Origin: Candidatus Limnocylindrales bacterium
Lineage (GTDB): Bacteria; Chloroflexota; Limnocylindria; Limnocylindrales; CSP1-4
NCBI GenBank assembly: GCA_050014975.1
Contig: JBEKCH010000006.1
Coordinates: 4,500 to 68,499, forward strand
Length of the DNA: 64,000 nt
Direction: 5' to 3'
The translations under genes were made by a program, and so were the position numbers. This document shows, piece by piece, positions 47,010-55,743 of the stretch. The number at the start of each line of letters is the position of its first letter. Positions within the stretch are counted from its first letter, which is position 1. The notes under the pieces are model-generated. The model was not told the DNA's origin and did not search any database. It was given only the letters and a program-made list of their open reading frames with translations.

Positions 47010-49598
47010 GTGTCTCAGACATTCGAGACGCAGTTCGCAGGACGCACACTCAGCATCGAAACCGGCAAGATGGCCATGCTCGCGGGCGGTGCCGTCACGG
47101 TCCGCTTCGGCGACACCATGGTGCTGGGCACCGCAAACCGGGCCGATCCGCGGCCCGGCCTCGACTTCTTCCCGCTCACGGTCGAATTCGAGGAGCGCAT
47201 GTACGCCGCCGGCAAGATCCCGGGCGGCTTCATCAAGCGCGAATCCCGACCTTCGGAGCAGGCCATTCTGGCCTGCCGCCTGACCGACCGGCCGATCCGG
47301 CCGCTCTTCCCGGAGGGCTACAAGGATGACGTCCAGATCGTGATCACGGTCCTATCCACGGACCAGGAGAATCAGCCCGACGTCCTTGGCACGTTCGCCG
47401 CTTCATGCGCGCTGACCATCAGCGAGATCCCATTCCTCGGCCCGATCGGCGCCGTTCGGATAGGCCGCATCGACGGCGAGTTCGTGGTCAACCCCACCAT
47501 CGGCGATCTCGAGCGCTCGGATCTGGACCTCGTCGTCTCGGGTACGCGCGACGCGATCATGATGGTCGAGGCCGGCGCTTCGATCCTTCCCGAGGACGTG
47601 ATGGCCGAGGCCATTCTCTTCGGTCACCGCGCGCTCCAGCCTCTCATCGACATCCAGGAGGAGATGCGCGCCGCCGTCGGCAAGCCCAAGACGATCGGCT
47701 ACCTCGAGCCGGGGACGAGCTCCGTACTCGAATTCGTGAAGAAGGTTCGGGAGCGTGGCTCCGAGTTCGTGGTCGTCGACGTCGAGACGACCGGCCGCGA
47801 GCCGAAGATGGCCGACCTGATCGAGATCGGCGCCGTTCGCGTTCGCGACGGCGAGATCGTCGATCGCTTCTCCACCTTCGTGAACCCAGGGCGCGCGATC
47901 TTGGGCGCCCAGATGCACGGCATCAGCGATGCGGACGTGGCCGGCGCCCCGGCCCCGCGCGACGCTGCCCTGCGCTTCCTGGAGTTCGCCGGGACGACCA
48001 GCCTAGTCGGCCACAACGTCGGCTTCGACCTGGGGTTCATCGAGCACGCGCTCGGTGAGCCGGGCAGGTTCGCCGAGGCCAGCTACTTCGACACCCTCGC
48101 CATCGCCCGGGAAGGCTACCCGGACCTGGAGTCGTTCAAGCTCGGCGACGTGGCCCGGTTCTTCGGCTTGACGATCGAGACGGCTCATCGCGGCCTGGCC
48201 GATGCCGAGACCACGGCCGCCGTGCTAGCTCAATTCGCGCGGGACCTGCCGCCGCGAATCGAGCTGCTGGAAGATGCCATCGCCGTGTCCATCAGGGCAA
48301 ATCGCCAGGACGGCCAGGACCCGGCGGCGCTCCTGGACGCCGCGCGCCGCCAGGCCCGCATCAGCAAGAGCCTCTTCGGGCTCGTCCAGAAGAACACCGT
48401 CCGCAAGCTGATCCTCGACGAAGGCATCCGCATGGACGGCCGGGGCGTCGACGAGATCCGCCCGATCTCGGTCGAGGTCGGCGTACTGCCGCGGGCCCAC
48501 GGATCCGGCCTGTTCACCCGCGGCCAGACCCAGGCCCTCACGGTGGCAACGCTGGGCCCGGCCTCGGATGTCCAGCGCATCGACACGATCAGCCCCGAGA
48601 CCGAGAAGCGGTTCCTCCACCACTACAACATGCCGCCCTATAGCACCGGCGAGAACAAGCCGATGCGCGGGCCCGGCCGGCGCGAGATCGGCCACGGCCA
48701 CCTCGCCGAGCGGGCCCTCCTGCCGGTCCTGCCGTCGGAGGAAGAGTTCCCCTACGTGATCCGACTCGTGAGCGAGTGCGTGACCTCGAACGGCTCCACC
48801 TCGATGGCCTCGACCTGTGGCTCGAGCCTGGCGCTGATGGATGCCGGCGTGCCGATCAAGGCCGCCGTCGCCGGTGCCGCGATGGGCCTGATCAGCGAGC
48901 CGGACGGCCGCTTCGTCGTCCTGACCGACATCCTGGGCAAGGAAGATGCCTTCGGCGACATGGACTTCAAGGTCACCGGCACCCGTGAAGGCGTCACGGC
49001 CCTGCAGATGGACATCAAGGTCATGGGCATCAGCGAGGCGATCATTCGCCAGGGCCTGCAGAAGGCCCATGCGGCTCGGATGGCCATCCTGGACAAGATG
49101 GATGCCGTCATCCCGTCCAGCCGCACGGAGATGAGCAGCTTCGCGCCGCGCATCATCACCATCAAGATCAACCCCGAGAAGATCCGCGACATCATCGGCA
49201 AGGGTGGCTCCGTCATCCGCAAGATCCAGGAGGAAACCAGCACCGAGATCAACGTCGAGGACGACGGCACCGTGCAGATCGCCGCCGTGTCGGGCGAGAG
49301 CTCGCGCAAGGCCGTCCAGTGGATCGAGTCGCTGACACGCGACGTGGAAGTCGGCGGCCTGTACCTGGGCAAGGTCACCCGGATCATGGGCTTCGGGTGC
49401 TTCGTCGAGATCCTGCCCGGCAAGGAAGGGCTGGTTCGGATCGGCGAACTGGCCGACTATCACGTGCCCACGGTGGAAGACGTGGTTTCGGTCGGTGACG
49501 AGGTAATGGTGGTCGTGACCGAGATCGACCGCCAGGGCCGAATCAATCTCTCCCGCAAGGCGGCCATGCAGCGGCACCTGGCCAAGACGCAGGTCTGA
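47010..49598 (+). CDS. pnp: polynucleotide phosphorylase carrying an internal DEDDh exonuclease domain
   Basis: 862 aa. PH core 1 (GRTLSIETGKMAMLAGGAV, PLTVEFEERMYAAGKIPGGFIKRE), PH core 2 (IRMDGRGVDEIRPI, GSGLFTRGQTQAL, DILGKEDAFGDMDFKVTGT), KH (GKGGSVIRKIQEET), S1 (GGLYLGKVTRIMGFGCFVEILPGKEGLV). About 160 extra residues sit between the cores. Confidence 0.97.
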   Translation: MSQTFETQFAGRTLSIETGKMAMLAGGAVTVRFGDTMVLGTANRADPRPGLDFFPLTVEFEERMYAAGKIPGGFIKRESRPSEQAILACRLTDRPIRPLFPEGYKDDVQIVITVLSTDQENQPDVLGTFAASCALTISEIPFLGPIGAVRIGRIDGEFVVNPTIGDLERSDLDLVVSGTRDAIMMVEAGASILPEDVMAEAILFGHRALQPLIDIQEEMRAAVGKPKTIGYLEPGTSSVLEFVKKVRERGSEFVVVDVETTGREPKMADLIEIGAVRVRDGEIVDRFSTFVNPGRAILGAQMHGISDADVAGAPAPRDAALRFLEFAGTTSLVGHNVGFDLGFIEHALGEPGRFAEASYFDTLAIAREGYPDLESFKLGDVARFFGLTIETAHRGLADAETTAAVLAQFARDLPPRIELLEDAIAVSIRANRQDGQDPAALLDAARRQARISKSLFGLVQKNTVRKLILDEGIRMDGRGVDEIRPISVEVGVLPRAHGSGLFTRGQTQALTVATLGPASDVQRIDTISPETEKRFLHHYNMPPYSTGENKPMRGPGRREIGHGHLAERALLPVLPSEEEFPYVIRLVSECVTSNGSTSMASTCGSSLALMDAGVPIKAAVAGAAMGLISEPDGRFVVLTDILGKEDAFGDMDFKVTGTREGVTALQMDIKVMGISEAIIRQGLQKAHAARMAILDKMDAVIPSSRTEMSSFAPRIITIKINPEKIRDIIGKGGSVIRKIQEETSTEINVEDDGTVQIAAVSGESSRKAVQWIESLTRDVEVGGLYLGKVTRIMGFGCFVEILPGKEGLVRIGELADYHVPTVEDVVSVGDEVMVVVTEIDRQGRINLSRKAAMQRHLAKTQV
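47766..48248 (+). other. DnaQ/PolC-like DEDDh 3'-5' exonuclease domain inserted in the alpha-helical linker of PNPase
   Basis: aa 253-413 of pnp. Exo I FVVVDVETTG (D257, E259), Exo II GHNVGFDLGFI (D340), Exo III HRGLADAE (H393-x4-D398). The flanking sequence is PNPase on both sides and in the same frame. Confidence 0.85.
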
Positions 49599-49666
49599 CC
49601 CGGGCAGCCCGTGGGGCTATCGCGGGCACGTCGCAGGCCGGCTCACGGGCGGTGGCTTATCCAGCC

Positions 49667-49706
49667 GCGTGCATGATGATACGCAGTAGTCGATCTATAT
49701 GCACGC
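49667..49706 (+). promoter_or_regulatory. 8-bp inverted repeat flanking an AT-rich 24-nt spacer between pnp and asd
   Basis: GCGTGCAT (49667-49674) and ATGCACGC (49699-49706), immediately upstream of the asd promoter candidate. Either an operator or the pnp terminator hairpin. Confidence 0.4.
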
Positions 49707-49711
49707 GCGAT

Positions 49712-49739
49712 CTGGCATCCGGCGGTCCGCTGGTATAAT
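49712..49739 (+). promoter_or_regulatory. extended -10 promoter candidate for asd
   Basis: CTGGCA (49712-49717), 16-nt spacer, TGgTATAAT (49731-49739). 38 nt upstream of the asd ATG. Confidence 0.5.
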
Positions 49740-49776
49740 CCTGCCGTGCCCGCCAGCCCAGTAGAGTAGTGGAGCC

Positions 49777-50850
49777 ATGTCCCGAGAAGCCCAATTACTG
49801 ACCGTCGCAGTCGTTGGAGCCACGGGCGTCGTTGGACGCACGATGATCCAGGTCCTGTCCGAGCGAAGGTTCCCGGTCGGCGAGCTGCGGCTGCTGGCTT
49901 CCGGCCGATCCGCCGGCACGACGGTCAGCGCCGATGGGCGGACTCTCACCGTGGAGGAGGCGACTCCCGACGCTTTCGAGGGCGTAGACATAGCGCTCTT
50001 CTCGGCCGGGACGGACGTCTCCAGGCAGCTGGTTCCCGCAGCCGCGGCCCGCGGAGCCACGGTCATCGACAACTCCAATGCCTGGCGAATGGACCCCGCA
50101 GTGCCCCTCATCGTCAGCCAGGTCAACCCGGGCGACGGGGAGTGGCACGAGGGGATCGTCGCCAACCCGAACTGCTCGACGATGCAGCTCATGCCCGTGC
50201 TGATGGCCCTGCGCGACACCGTCGGGCTGGAGCGTGTCATCGTAGACACGTATCAGTCCGTGTCCGGCACGGGAGCGGAGGCGCTCGCCGAGCTGGAGAA
50301 TCAGATCCGCGCTCATGTCGCGGGCGAGGCCAAGGTGGCGTCGGTGTATCCGCACCCGATCGCCTTCAACGCGCTTCCGGAGATCGACGTCTTCCTGGAC
50401 AACGGCTACACCCGCGAGGAGTGGAAGGTCGTGACGGAGAGCCGCAAGATCCTTCACCTGCCGGAACTGCGCATCTCCTGCACTGCCGTCCGCGTGCCGG
50501 TCTTCGTCGGCCACTCGGAGGCGGTGCACGTGGAGACGACCAGGCCGATGACGCCGCAAGAGGCTCGCAATGCCTTTGCCGCCGTCCCCGGCGTCGTGGT
50601 CGTCGACGATCCCGAAAACCACGTCTATCCGATCGCAACTCAGGCCGCCGGCTCGGACGAGGTCTACGTCGGGCGGGTGCGAACCGATCCATCGGTCGAG
50701 CGCGGGCTCGCCTTCTGGGTCGTCAGCGACAACCTGCGCAAGGGCGCGGCCACAAACGCCGTCCAGATCGCGGAGGCGCTGCTCGAGCGCGGTTGGGTCG
50801 AGGCCCGCTCACGGCGGGCGGTCCCCAGCGGGACCGGGGAAGCCTCGTGA
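49777..50850 (+). CDS. asd: aspartate-semialdehyde dehydrogenase
   Basis: 357 aa. VAVVGATGVVGRTM, active-site NPNCSTMQL, SVSGTG, VSDNLRKGAATNAVQIAE. Confidence 0.96.
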   Translation: MSREAQLLTVAVVGATGVVGRTMIQVLSERRFPVGELRLLASGRSAGTTVSADGRTLTVEEATPDAFEGVDIALFSAGTDVSRQLVPAAAARGATVIDNSNAWRMDPAVPLIVSQVNPGDGEWHEGIVANPNCSTMQLMPVLMALRDTVGLERVIVDTYQSVSGTGAEALAELENQIRAHVAGEAKVASVYPHPIAFNALPEIDVFLDNGYTREEWKVVTESRKILHLPELRISCTAVRVPVFVGHSEAVHVETTRPMTPQEARNAFAAVPGVVVVDDPENHVYPIATQAAGSDEVYVGRVRTDPSVERGLAFWVVSDNLRKGAATNAVQIAEALLERGWVEARSRRAVPSGTGEAS

Positions 50851-51677
50851 CGGACGCCGAGCGCCAGGCGGCGCTCGATGCCATAGCGGCGGAGGTGGCG
50901 GCGTGCACGCGCTGCCGCCTGCACCAGGGTCGGACACGGGCGGTGCCGGGGGAGGGGACCGCCGGCACGGAGGTCATCTTCGTGGGCGAAGGGCCCGGGT
51001 TCAATGAAGACCGGCAGGGCCGGCCGTTCGTGGGTCAGGCTGGCTCGCTCCTGGACGAGTTGCTCGCCTCGGTCCTCTGGTCGCGCGGTGAGGTCTTCAT
51101 CACCAACGTGGTCAAATGCCGCCCGCCGGGCAACCGCGATCCCGAGCCGGACGAGATCACGGCCTGCGCGCTGTATCTGACGCGCCAGCTGGAGGCGCTC
51201 GACCCGGCGCTCGTCGTGACGCTGGGCCGCTTCTCCATGGCCCGCTTCAGCCCCGGGGCACGTATCGGGCAGGTTCATGGAACCTTCCAGCCCGCCAGCG
51301 CCGCATCCGGAGCCCCACGGGCGCTCACGTTCGCGATGTATCACCCCGCCGCCGCGCTGCACCAGGGTTCGCTCAAGCAGGCCCTCTTCGACGACATGCA
51401 GGGCGTCCCGAGGGCTCTCACGCAGGCGCGAGCCCTGCGAGCAGCCGCCGGACCGGCCCCCGTGCCGCCGGCCGGGCAGCCGACCGTCCCGTTTGCCCCC
51501 GCTCCGCCGGCGAACGAAGCATCGGCCGAGGCCGGCTCGTCACAGGTCGCAGCCGCTGCCGAGGGCGAGCTACCTCAGGCTGCCGAGAACGTGCTCCCGG
51601 CACCTTCGGGGCCAGCCGAGACGGCCGCCCCAGCCGGCGCCGAATTCGACCCTGCGGCTCAGCTCGGCCTCTTCTAG
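50847..51677 (+). CDS. uracil-DNA glycosylase, family 4 (Fe-S type)
   Basis: Start placed at GTG 50847 (GTGA overlap with the asd stop). CTRCRLHQGRT, VIFVGEGPGFNEDRQGRPFVGQAG, ITNVVKCRPPGNRDP, HPAAAL. Ala/Pro-rich tail of about 75 aa. Confidence 0.9.
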   Translation: MTDAERQAALDAIAAEVAACTRCRLHQGRTRAVPGEGTAGTEVIFVGEGPGFNEDRQGRPFVGQAGSLLDELLASVLWSRGEVFITNVVKCRPPGNRDPEPDEITACALYLTRQLEALDPALVVTLGRFSMARFSPGARIGQVHGTFQPASAASGAPRALTFAMYHPAAALHQGSLKQALFDDMQGVPRALTQARALRAAAGPAPVPPAGQPTVPFAPAPPANEASAEAGSSQVAAAAEGELPQAAENVLPAPSGPAETAAPAGAEFDPAAQLGLF

Positions 51678-51715
51678 GATGAGCAGATCCGCCAAGTCCC
51701 GTCACGCGAGTCCAG

Positions 51716-53383
51716 ATGCCTGACCCAGAGACACCGCTCCGCATCATCCCCCTCGGAGGCGTCGGGGAGATCGGCAAGAACATGTACGTCTTCGAGTACG
51801 GCGACGACATCGTCGTCGTCGACTGCGGGCTCATGTTCCCCGACGAGGAGATGTTCGGGATCGACCTGGTCATTCCCGACGTCACCTACCTGCGGGAGAA
51901 CCGCGAGAAGGTCCGAGCCTTCCTGATTACCCATGCCCACGAGGATCACATCGGTGGCCTGCCGTACGTGCTGCCGTACTTCCCGGGCGTGCCGGTCTAT
52001 GCCTCCACGCTGGCCAGGGGCCTGCTCGGCATCAAGATCAAGGAGCACAAGCTCCACAAGAACCCGCTCCTGCCGCTGGACCCTGGCGACAATCTCGAGA
52101 TCGGGCCGTTCCGGATCGAGCCGTTCCGTATTAGCCACTCGATCCCCGACGCCATGGGGATGGCGCTCCACACGCCGGTCGGCACGGTCGTCACCACGGG
52201 TGACTTCAAGTTCGATCACACGCCCGTGGACGGCCGCCGATCCGATTTCGCGATGCTCTCCAGGCTCGGCGAGGAGGGCGTGATCTGCCTGCTGTCGGAC
52301 TCGACCCGCGCGGAGAGTCCCGGCTACACGCTCTCCGAGCGGACCGTGGGGGAGACCTTCCGCGAGATCATGGAGCCGCTGACCGGCCGGGTCATCGTGG
52401 CCACCTTCGCCAGCAACATCGCGCGGATCCAGCAGGTCATCGACGCCGCGACGACCTTCGACCGGCGCGTCGCGGTCGTCGGGCGATCGATGGAGCAGAA
52501 CTTCAGGATCGCCACAGATCTCGGCTACCTGACCTTCGCCCCCGGCCAGGTGGTGGCCAAGGACCAGATCGGCACCATCGCCGCGGATCGAATAGTCATC
52601 GCCACGACGGGGGCGCAGGGTGAACCGATGGCCGGTCTGGCTCGCATGGCCAACCGGGATCACCGTTTCGTGGAGATCCAGCCGGGCGACACGGTCATCG
52701 TCAGCGCCAGCCCCATCCCGGGCAACGAGGAGTATGTGGCGCGGACGATCGACAATCTCTTCAAGGCCGGCGCCAACGTCTTCTACCACACCGTCAAGCA
52801 CGCCCACGTCTCGGGCCATGCCAGCCAGGAAGAGCTGAAGTTGATGCTCGGCTTGACCCGCCCCAAGTACTTCATCCCGATCCACGGCGAATTCCGGATG
52901 CTGGTCCAGCACGGTCGCCTGGCCGTCGAGACGGGCGTGGCACCGGAAAACGTCTTCATCATCGAGAACGGCCAAGCCATCGAGTTCTACGCGGACGGCA
53001 GCGCACGTCGCGCGGCGCCCGTCACCTCCGGGTACGTGCTCGTGGACGGGCTCTCGGTCGGCGACGTGGGGGAAGTGGTTCTGCGCGACCGGCGGGCTCT
53101 TGCCAGCGACGGCATGTTCATCGTCGTGGTCACGGTAGACAAGCAGACCGGCAAGTTGGTGACACGGCCGGAGATCGTCACGCGTGGCTTCGTTCACGGC
53201 AACGAGCGCGACCCCCTCATGGAGGCCACAGTCGAGCACATCATGAGTGCTATCGAGAGTCCCGGCGATCGAACGAGCGAAGTGGGCCTGCTCAAGAGCC
53301 AGATCAAGGACGAGGTGTCGCGCTACCTGTACGAGCAGACGCGGCGCCGGCCGCTGGTCTTCCCGGTCGTGGTGGAGGTCTGA
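51716..53383 (+). CDS. rnj: ribonuclease J
   Basis: 555 aa. Metallo-beta-lactamase/beta-CASP: IIPLGGVGEIGKNMYVFEY, ITHAHEDHIGGLPY, SDSTRAESPG, HVSGHASQEEL. Confidence 0.96.
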   Translation: MPDPETPLRIIPLGGVGEIGKNMYVFEYGDDIVVVDCGLMFPDEEMFGIDLVIPDVTYLRENREKVRAFLITHAHEDHIGGLPYVLPYFPGVPVYASTLARGLLGIKIKEHKLHKNPLLPLDPGDNLEIGPFRIEPFRISHSIPDAMGMALHTPVGTVVTTGDFKFDHTPVDGRRSDFAMLSRLGEEGVICLLSDSTRAESPGYTLSERTVGETFREIMEPLTGRVIVATFASNIARIQQVIDAATTFDRRVAVVGRSMEQNFRIATDLGYLTFAPGQVVAKDQIGTIAADRIVIATTGAQGEPMAGLARMANRDHRFVEIQPGDTVIVSASPIPGNEEYVARTIDNLFKAGANVFYHTVKHAHVSGHASQEELKLMLGLTRPKYFIPIHGEFRMLVQHGRLAVETGVAPENVFIIENGQAIEFYADGSARRAAPVTSGYVLVDGLSVGDVGEVVLRDRRALASDGMFIVVVTVDKQTGKLVTRPEIVTRGFVHGNERDPLMEATVEHIMSAIESPGDRTSEVGLLKSQIKDEVSRYLYEQTRRRPLVFPVVVEV

Positions 53384-55743
53384 TGGCAGCCCGGGGCAGA
53401 CCCACGTCTACACGCAACCGCGCGGCCGCGGCGCGCCGGCGCGCCGGGTCGGTTCATATCGCGCCCGACGCAGGCCGCCAGGTTTTCGGCTACTCGCTGA
53501 TGCTGATCGGAGCGGCGACGCTCGTTGCTCTTATGGTTCCCGGCGAGGGCAAGCTGACCGACTGGTGGCGCGATTCGATTTCGCCATGGGTCGGCTTCGG
53601 CCGCCGGATACTGCCCTTCGTCCTGCTGGCGATCGGCTGGTGGGTCGCCAACCGCGCCAGGGGAGTCCGTGGCGACTGGCAGCTGACGATCCTGGGCGCG
53701 GCGGCCGGGTTCTCGGCGGCGCTGGGTCTCGTCGAGCTGATGGATCCGACACACGGCGGCGTCATCGGCAAGGCCCTGGCTCACAACCTGCCCGGGTTGA
53801 TCACGCTGCCCGGGACCGCGATCCTGCTGACGGTGGTCATGGTCGCGGGCGTGCTGCTGGCGATCGACCTATCTCTGCCGGCCGCGGTTGTGCCGATCGC
53901 AAGCCTGGCATCGGAGGCGGCTAACAAGCTGTTCCGACCGGCCCCCGCGAGGTCGCAGGATGGATCGCCGCCCTCGGCCGTCAGGGCGGAGAAGATGGGC
54001 CGGGATGCGATCTCGCTCGGGCCGCGCGGCAGGGCCCCGGAAGAGCACGTTCCTTTGGTGCCCGTGGCCATCCCGAACCCGGGCCCAACCTCGCTCACCT
54101 TCGCTCCGCCTGCGGCGCCGGACTCGGCCACACGCGATGGGGGCCCCCTGCGCGACACCGCCGCGGATGGGGATGCGGGGCGGTTGGGACGATCGATTCG
54201 CGAAGGCGCTCCGGTGCGCGGCCAGCGAGATCTCGCCTCGCCTGATGGAGGCATCGGCGCCTTCGAAGGCAGCGCCGCCGCCGGGGCCGCCAGACCGCGC
54301 CCCGAATACCGTCTCCCGCCGCTCGCCCTCCTCGAGGATGTCACTCCGCGGAACGGCGACAGCACCATGGACCACGAGCGCAACGCCGCGATCATCGCCG
54401 CCAAGCTGGCGAGCTTCAACATCCCGTCCCGCGTGGTCGCCTGGAACGCCGGGCCGGTGGTCACCCAGTACGAGGTGGAGCCCTCGCCGGAGATCAAGGT
54501 CAGCAGGATTGAGGCGCTCTCGGACGACCTGGCCATGGCCCTGGCGGCGCGCACGATTCGCATCGAGGCGCCGATCCCGGGCAAGAGCGTCGTCGGCATC
54601 GAGATCCCCAACAAGGACTTCAACATCGTCGCGCTGCGCCGGATCCTCGAAGAGGTCGACTTTCGGGCGTCCTCCAAGCTGACCTTCGCCCTGGGTCGCG
54701 ACGTGGCCGGCCATGCCCGTGCCACCGACCTGGCGAAGATGCCGCACCTGCTGATCGCCGGTGCCACCGGCTCCGGCAAGAGCGTCATGGTCAACGCCCT
54801 GATAACGAGCCTCTTGTGCAACGCCACGCCGGACGAAGTGCGCATGATCCTGGTGGACCTGAAGCGCGTCGAGCTGTCGGCCTATAACGGCCTGCCGCAC
54901 CTGCTGGTGCCGGTGATCACCGAGCCCGAGCGAGCCAAGGCCGCCCTCAAGTGGGCCGTGGCGGAGATGGAGAACCGCTACCGGCGCTTCGCCGGGGCGA
55001 CCGCTCGTAACATCACCGGGTTCAACGAGACGCGGGCCGACCCGGCTGATCGGCTGCCCTTCATCGTGATCATCGTCGACGAGCTGGCGGACCTGATGAT
55101 GCGCGAGGGCCGGGACGTCGAGGATCCGGTCGTCCGGCTGGCGCAGAAGGCCCGCGCCACGGGTATCCACCTCGTGCTGGCCACGCAGCGACCGTCGGTG
55201 AACGTTGTGACAGGTCTCATCAAGGCCAACTTCCCGAGCCGCATAGCCTTCGCCATGGCGTCGCAGATCGACTCGCGGACGATCCTGGACATGCCCGGCG
55301 CCGAGGATCTGATCGGCCGGGGCGACATGCTCTTCCAGCCGTCCGATCTGCCTCATCCGATCCGCCTGCAGGGCGTCTTCGTCTCCGACAAGGAGATCGG
55401 CAACATCACGGAGCACTGGCGGGCAGAGGCCGAGACGCACTACGACATGGCTATCGTCGAGACGGGCGACGAGTCGGAGGGACCCGCGGAGGCCCCCGAC
55501 GAGGACGCGGACCGCCTCTTCTCCGATGCCCTAAGTGTCATCCAGGAGTACGATCGAGCTTCGGCGTCGCTCCTCCAGCGACGCTTGAAGGTCGGCTACG
55601 CACGAGCCGCCAGGATCATGGATCAGCTGGAGGCACGCGGTTACATCGGGCCGTTCGATGGGTCCAATGCCCGGCAGGTGCTGCGCCGAGACGGAGCGGC
55701 GCCCGCGCGTCCGTTCATCGCGCACGGCGAGGACGAGGTATGA
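53383..55743 (+). CDS. ftsK: DNA translocase FtsK/SpoIIIE
   Basis: 786 aa. N-terminal TM helices, Pro/Ala linker, motor domain HLLIAGATGSGKSV, IVIIVDELADLM, LATQRPSV. Gamma winged helix SASLLQRRLKVGYARAARIMDQLEARG. Confidence 0.96.
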   Translation: MAARGRPTSTRNRAAAARRRAGSVHIAPDAGRQVFGYSLMLIGAATLVALMVPGEGKLTDWWRDSISPWVGFGRRILPFVLLAIGWWVANRARGVRGDWQLTILGAAAGFSAALGLVELMDPTHGGVIGKALAHNLPGLITLPGTAILLTVVMVAGVLLAIDLSLPAAVVPIASLASEAANKLFRPAPARSQDGSPPSAVRAEKMGRDAISLGPRGRAPEEHVPLVPVAIPNPGPTSLTFAPPAAPDSATRDGGPLRDTAADGDAGRLGRSIREGAPVRGQRDLASPDGGIGAFEGSAAAGAARPRPEYRLPPLALLEDVTPRNGDSTMDHERNAAIIAAKLASFNIPSRVVAWNAGPVVTQYEVEPSPEIKVSRIEALSDDLAMALAARTIRIEAPIPGKSVVGIEIPNKDFNIVALRRILEEVDFRASSKLTFALGRDVAGHARATDLAKMPHLLIAGATGSGKSVMVNALITSLLCNATPDEVRMILVDLKRVELSAYNGLPHLLVPVITEPERAKAALKWAVAEMENRYRRFAGATARNITGFNETRADPADRLPFIVIIVDELADLMMREGRDVEDPVVRLAQKARATGIHLVLATQRPSVNVVTGLIKANFPSRIAFAMASQIDSRTILDMPGAEDLIGRGDMLFQPSDLPHPIRLQGVFVSDKEIGNITEHWRAEAETHYDMAIVETGDESEGPAEAPDEDADRLFSDALSVIQEYDRASASLLQRRLKVGYARAARIMDQLEARGYIGPFDGSNARQVLRRDGAAPARPFIAHGEDEV

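Noticed and set aside
47766-48248. The PNPase insertion as an intein, a mobile insertion or a separate overlapping gene
   Set aside because: There are no intein splice-junction residues (no Cys/Ser at the start, no His-Asn plus Cys/Ser/Thr at the end), no homing-endonuclease motifs, no flanking repeats and no internal SD/start. Composition matches the flanks by eye and the frame is continuous. Assembly chimerism cannot be excluded without reads.
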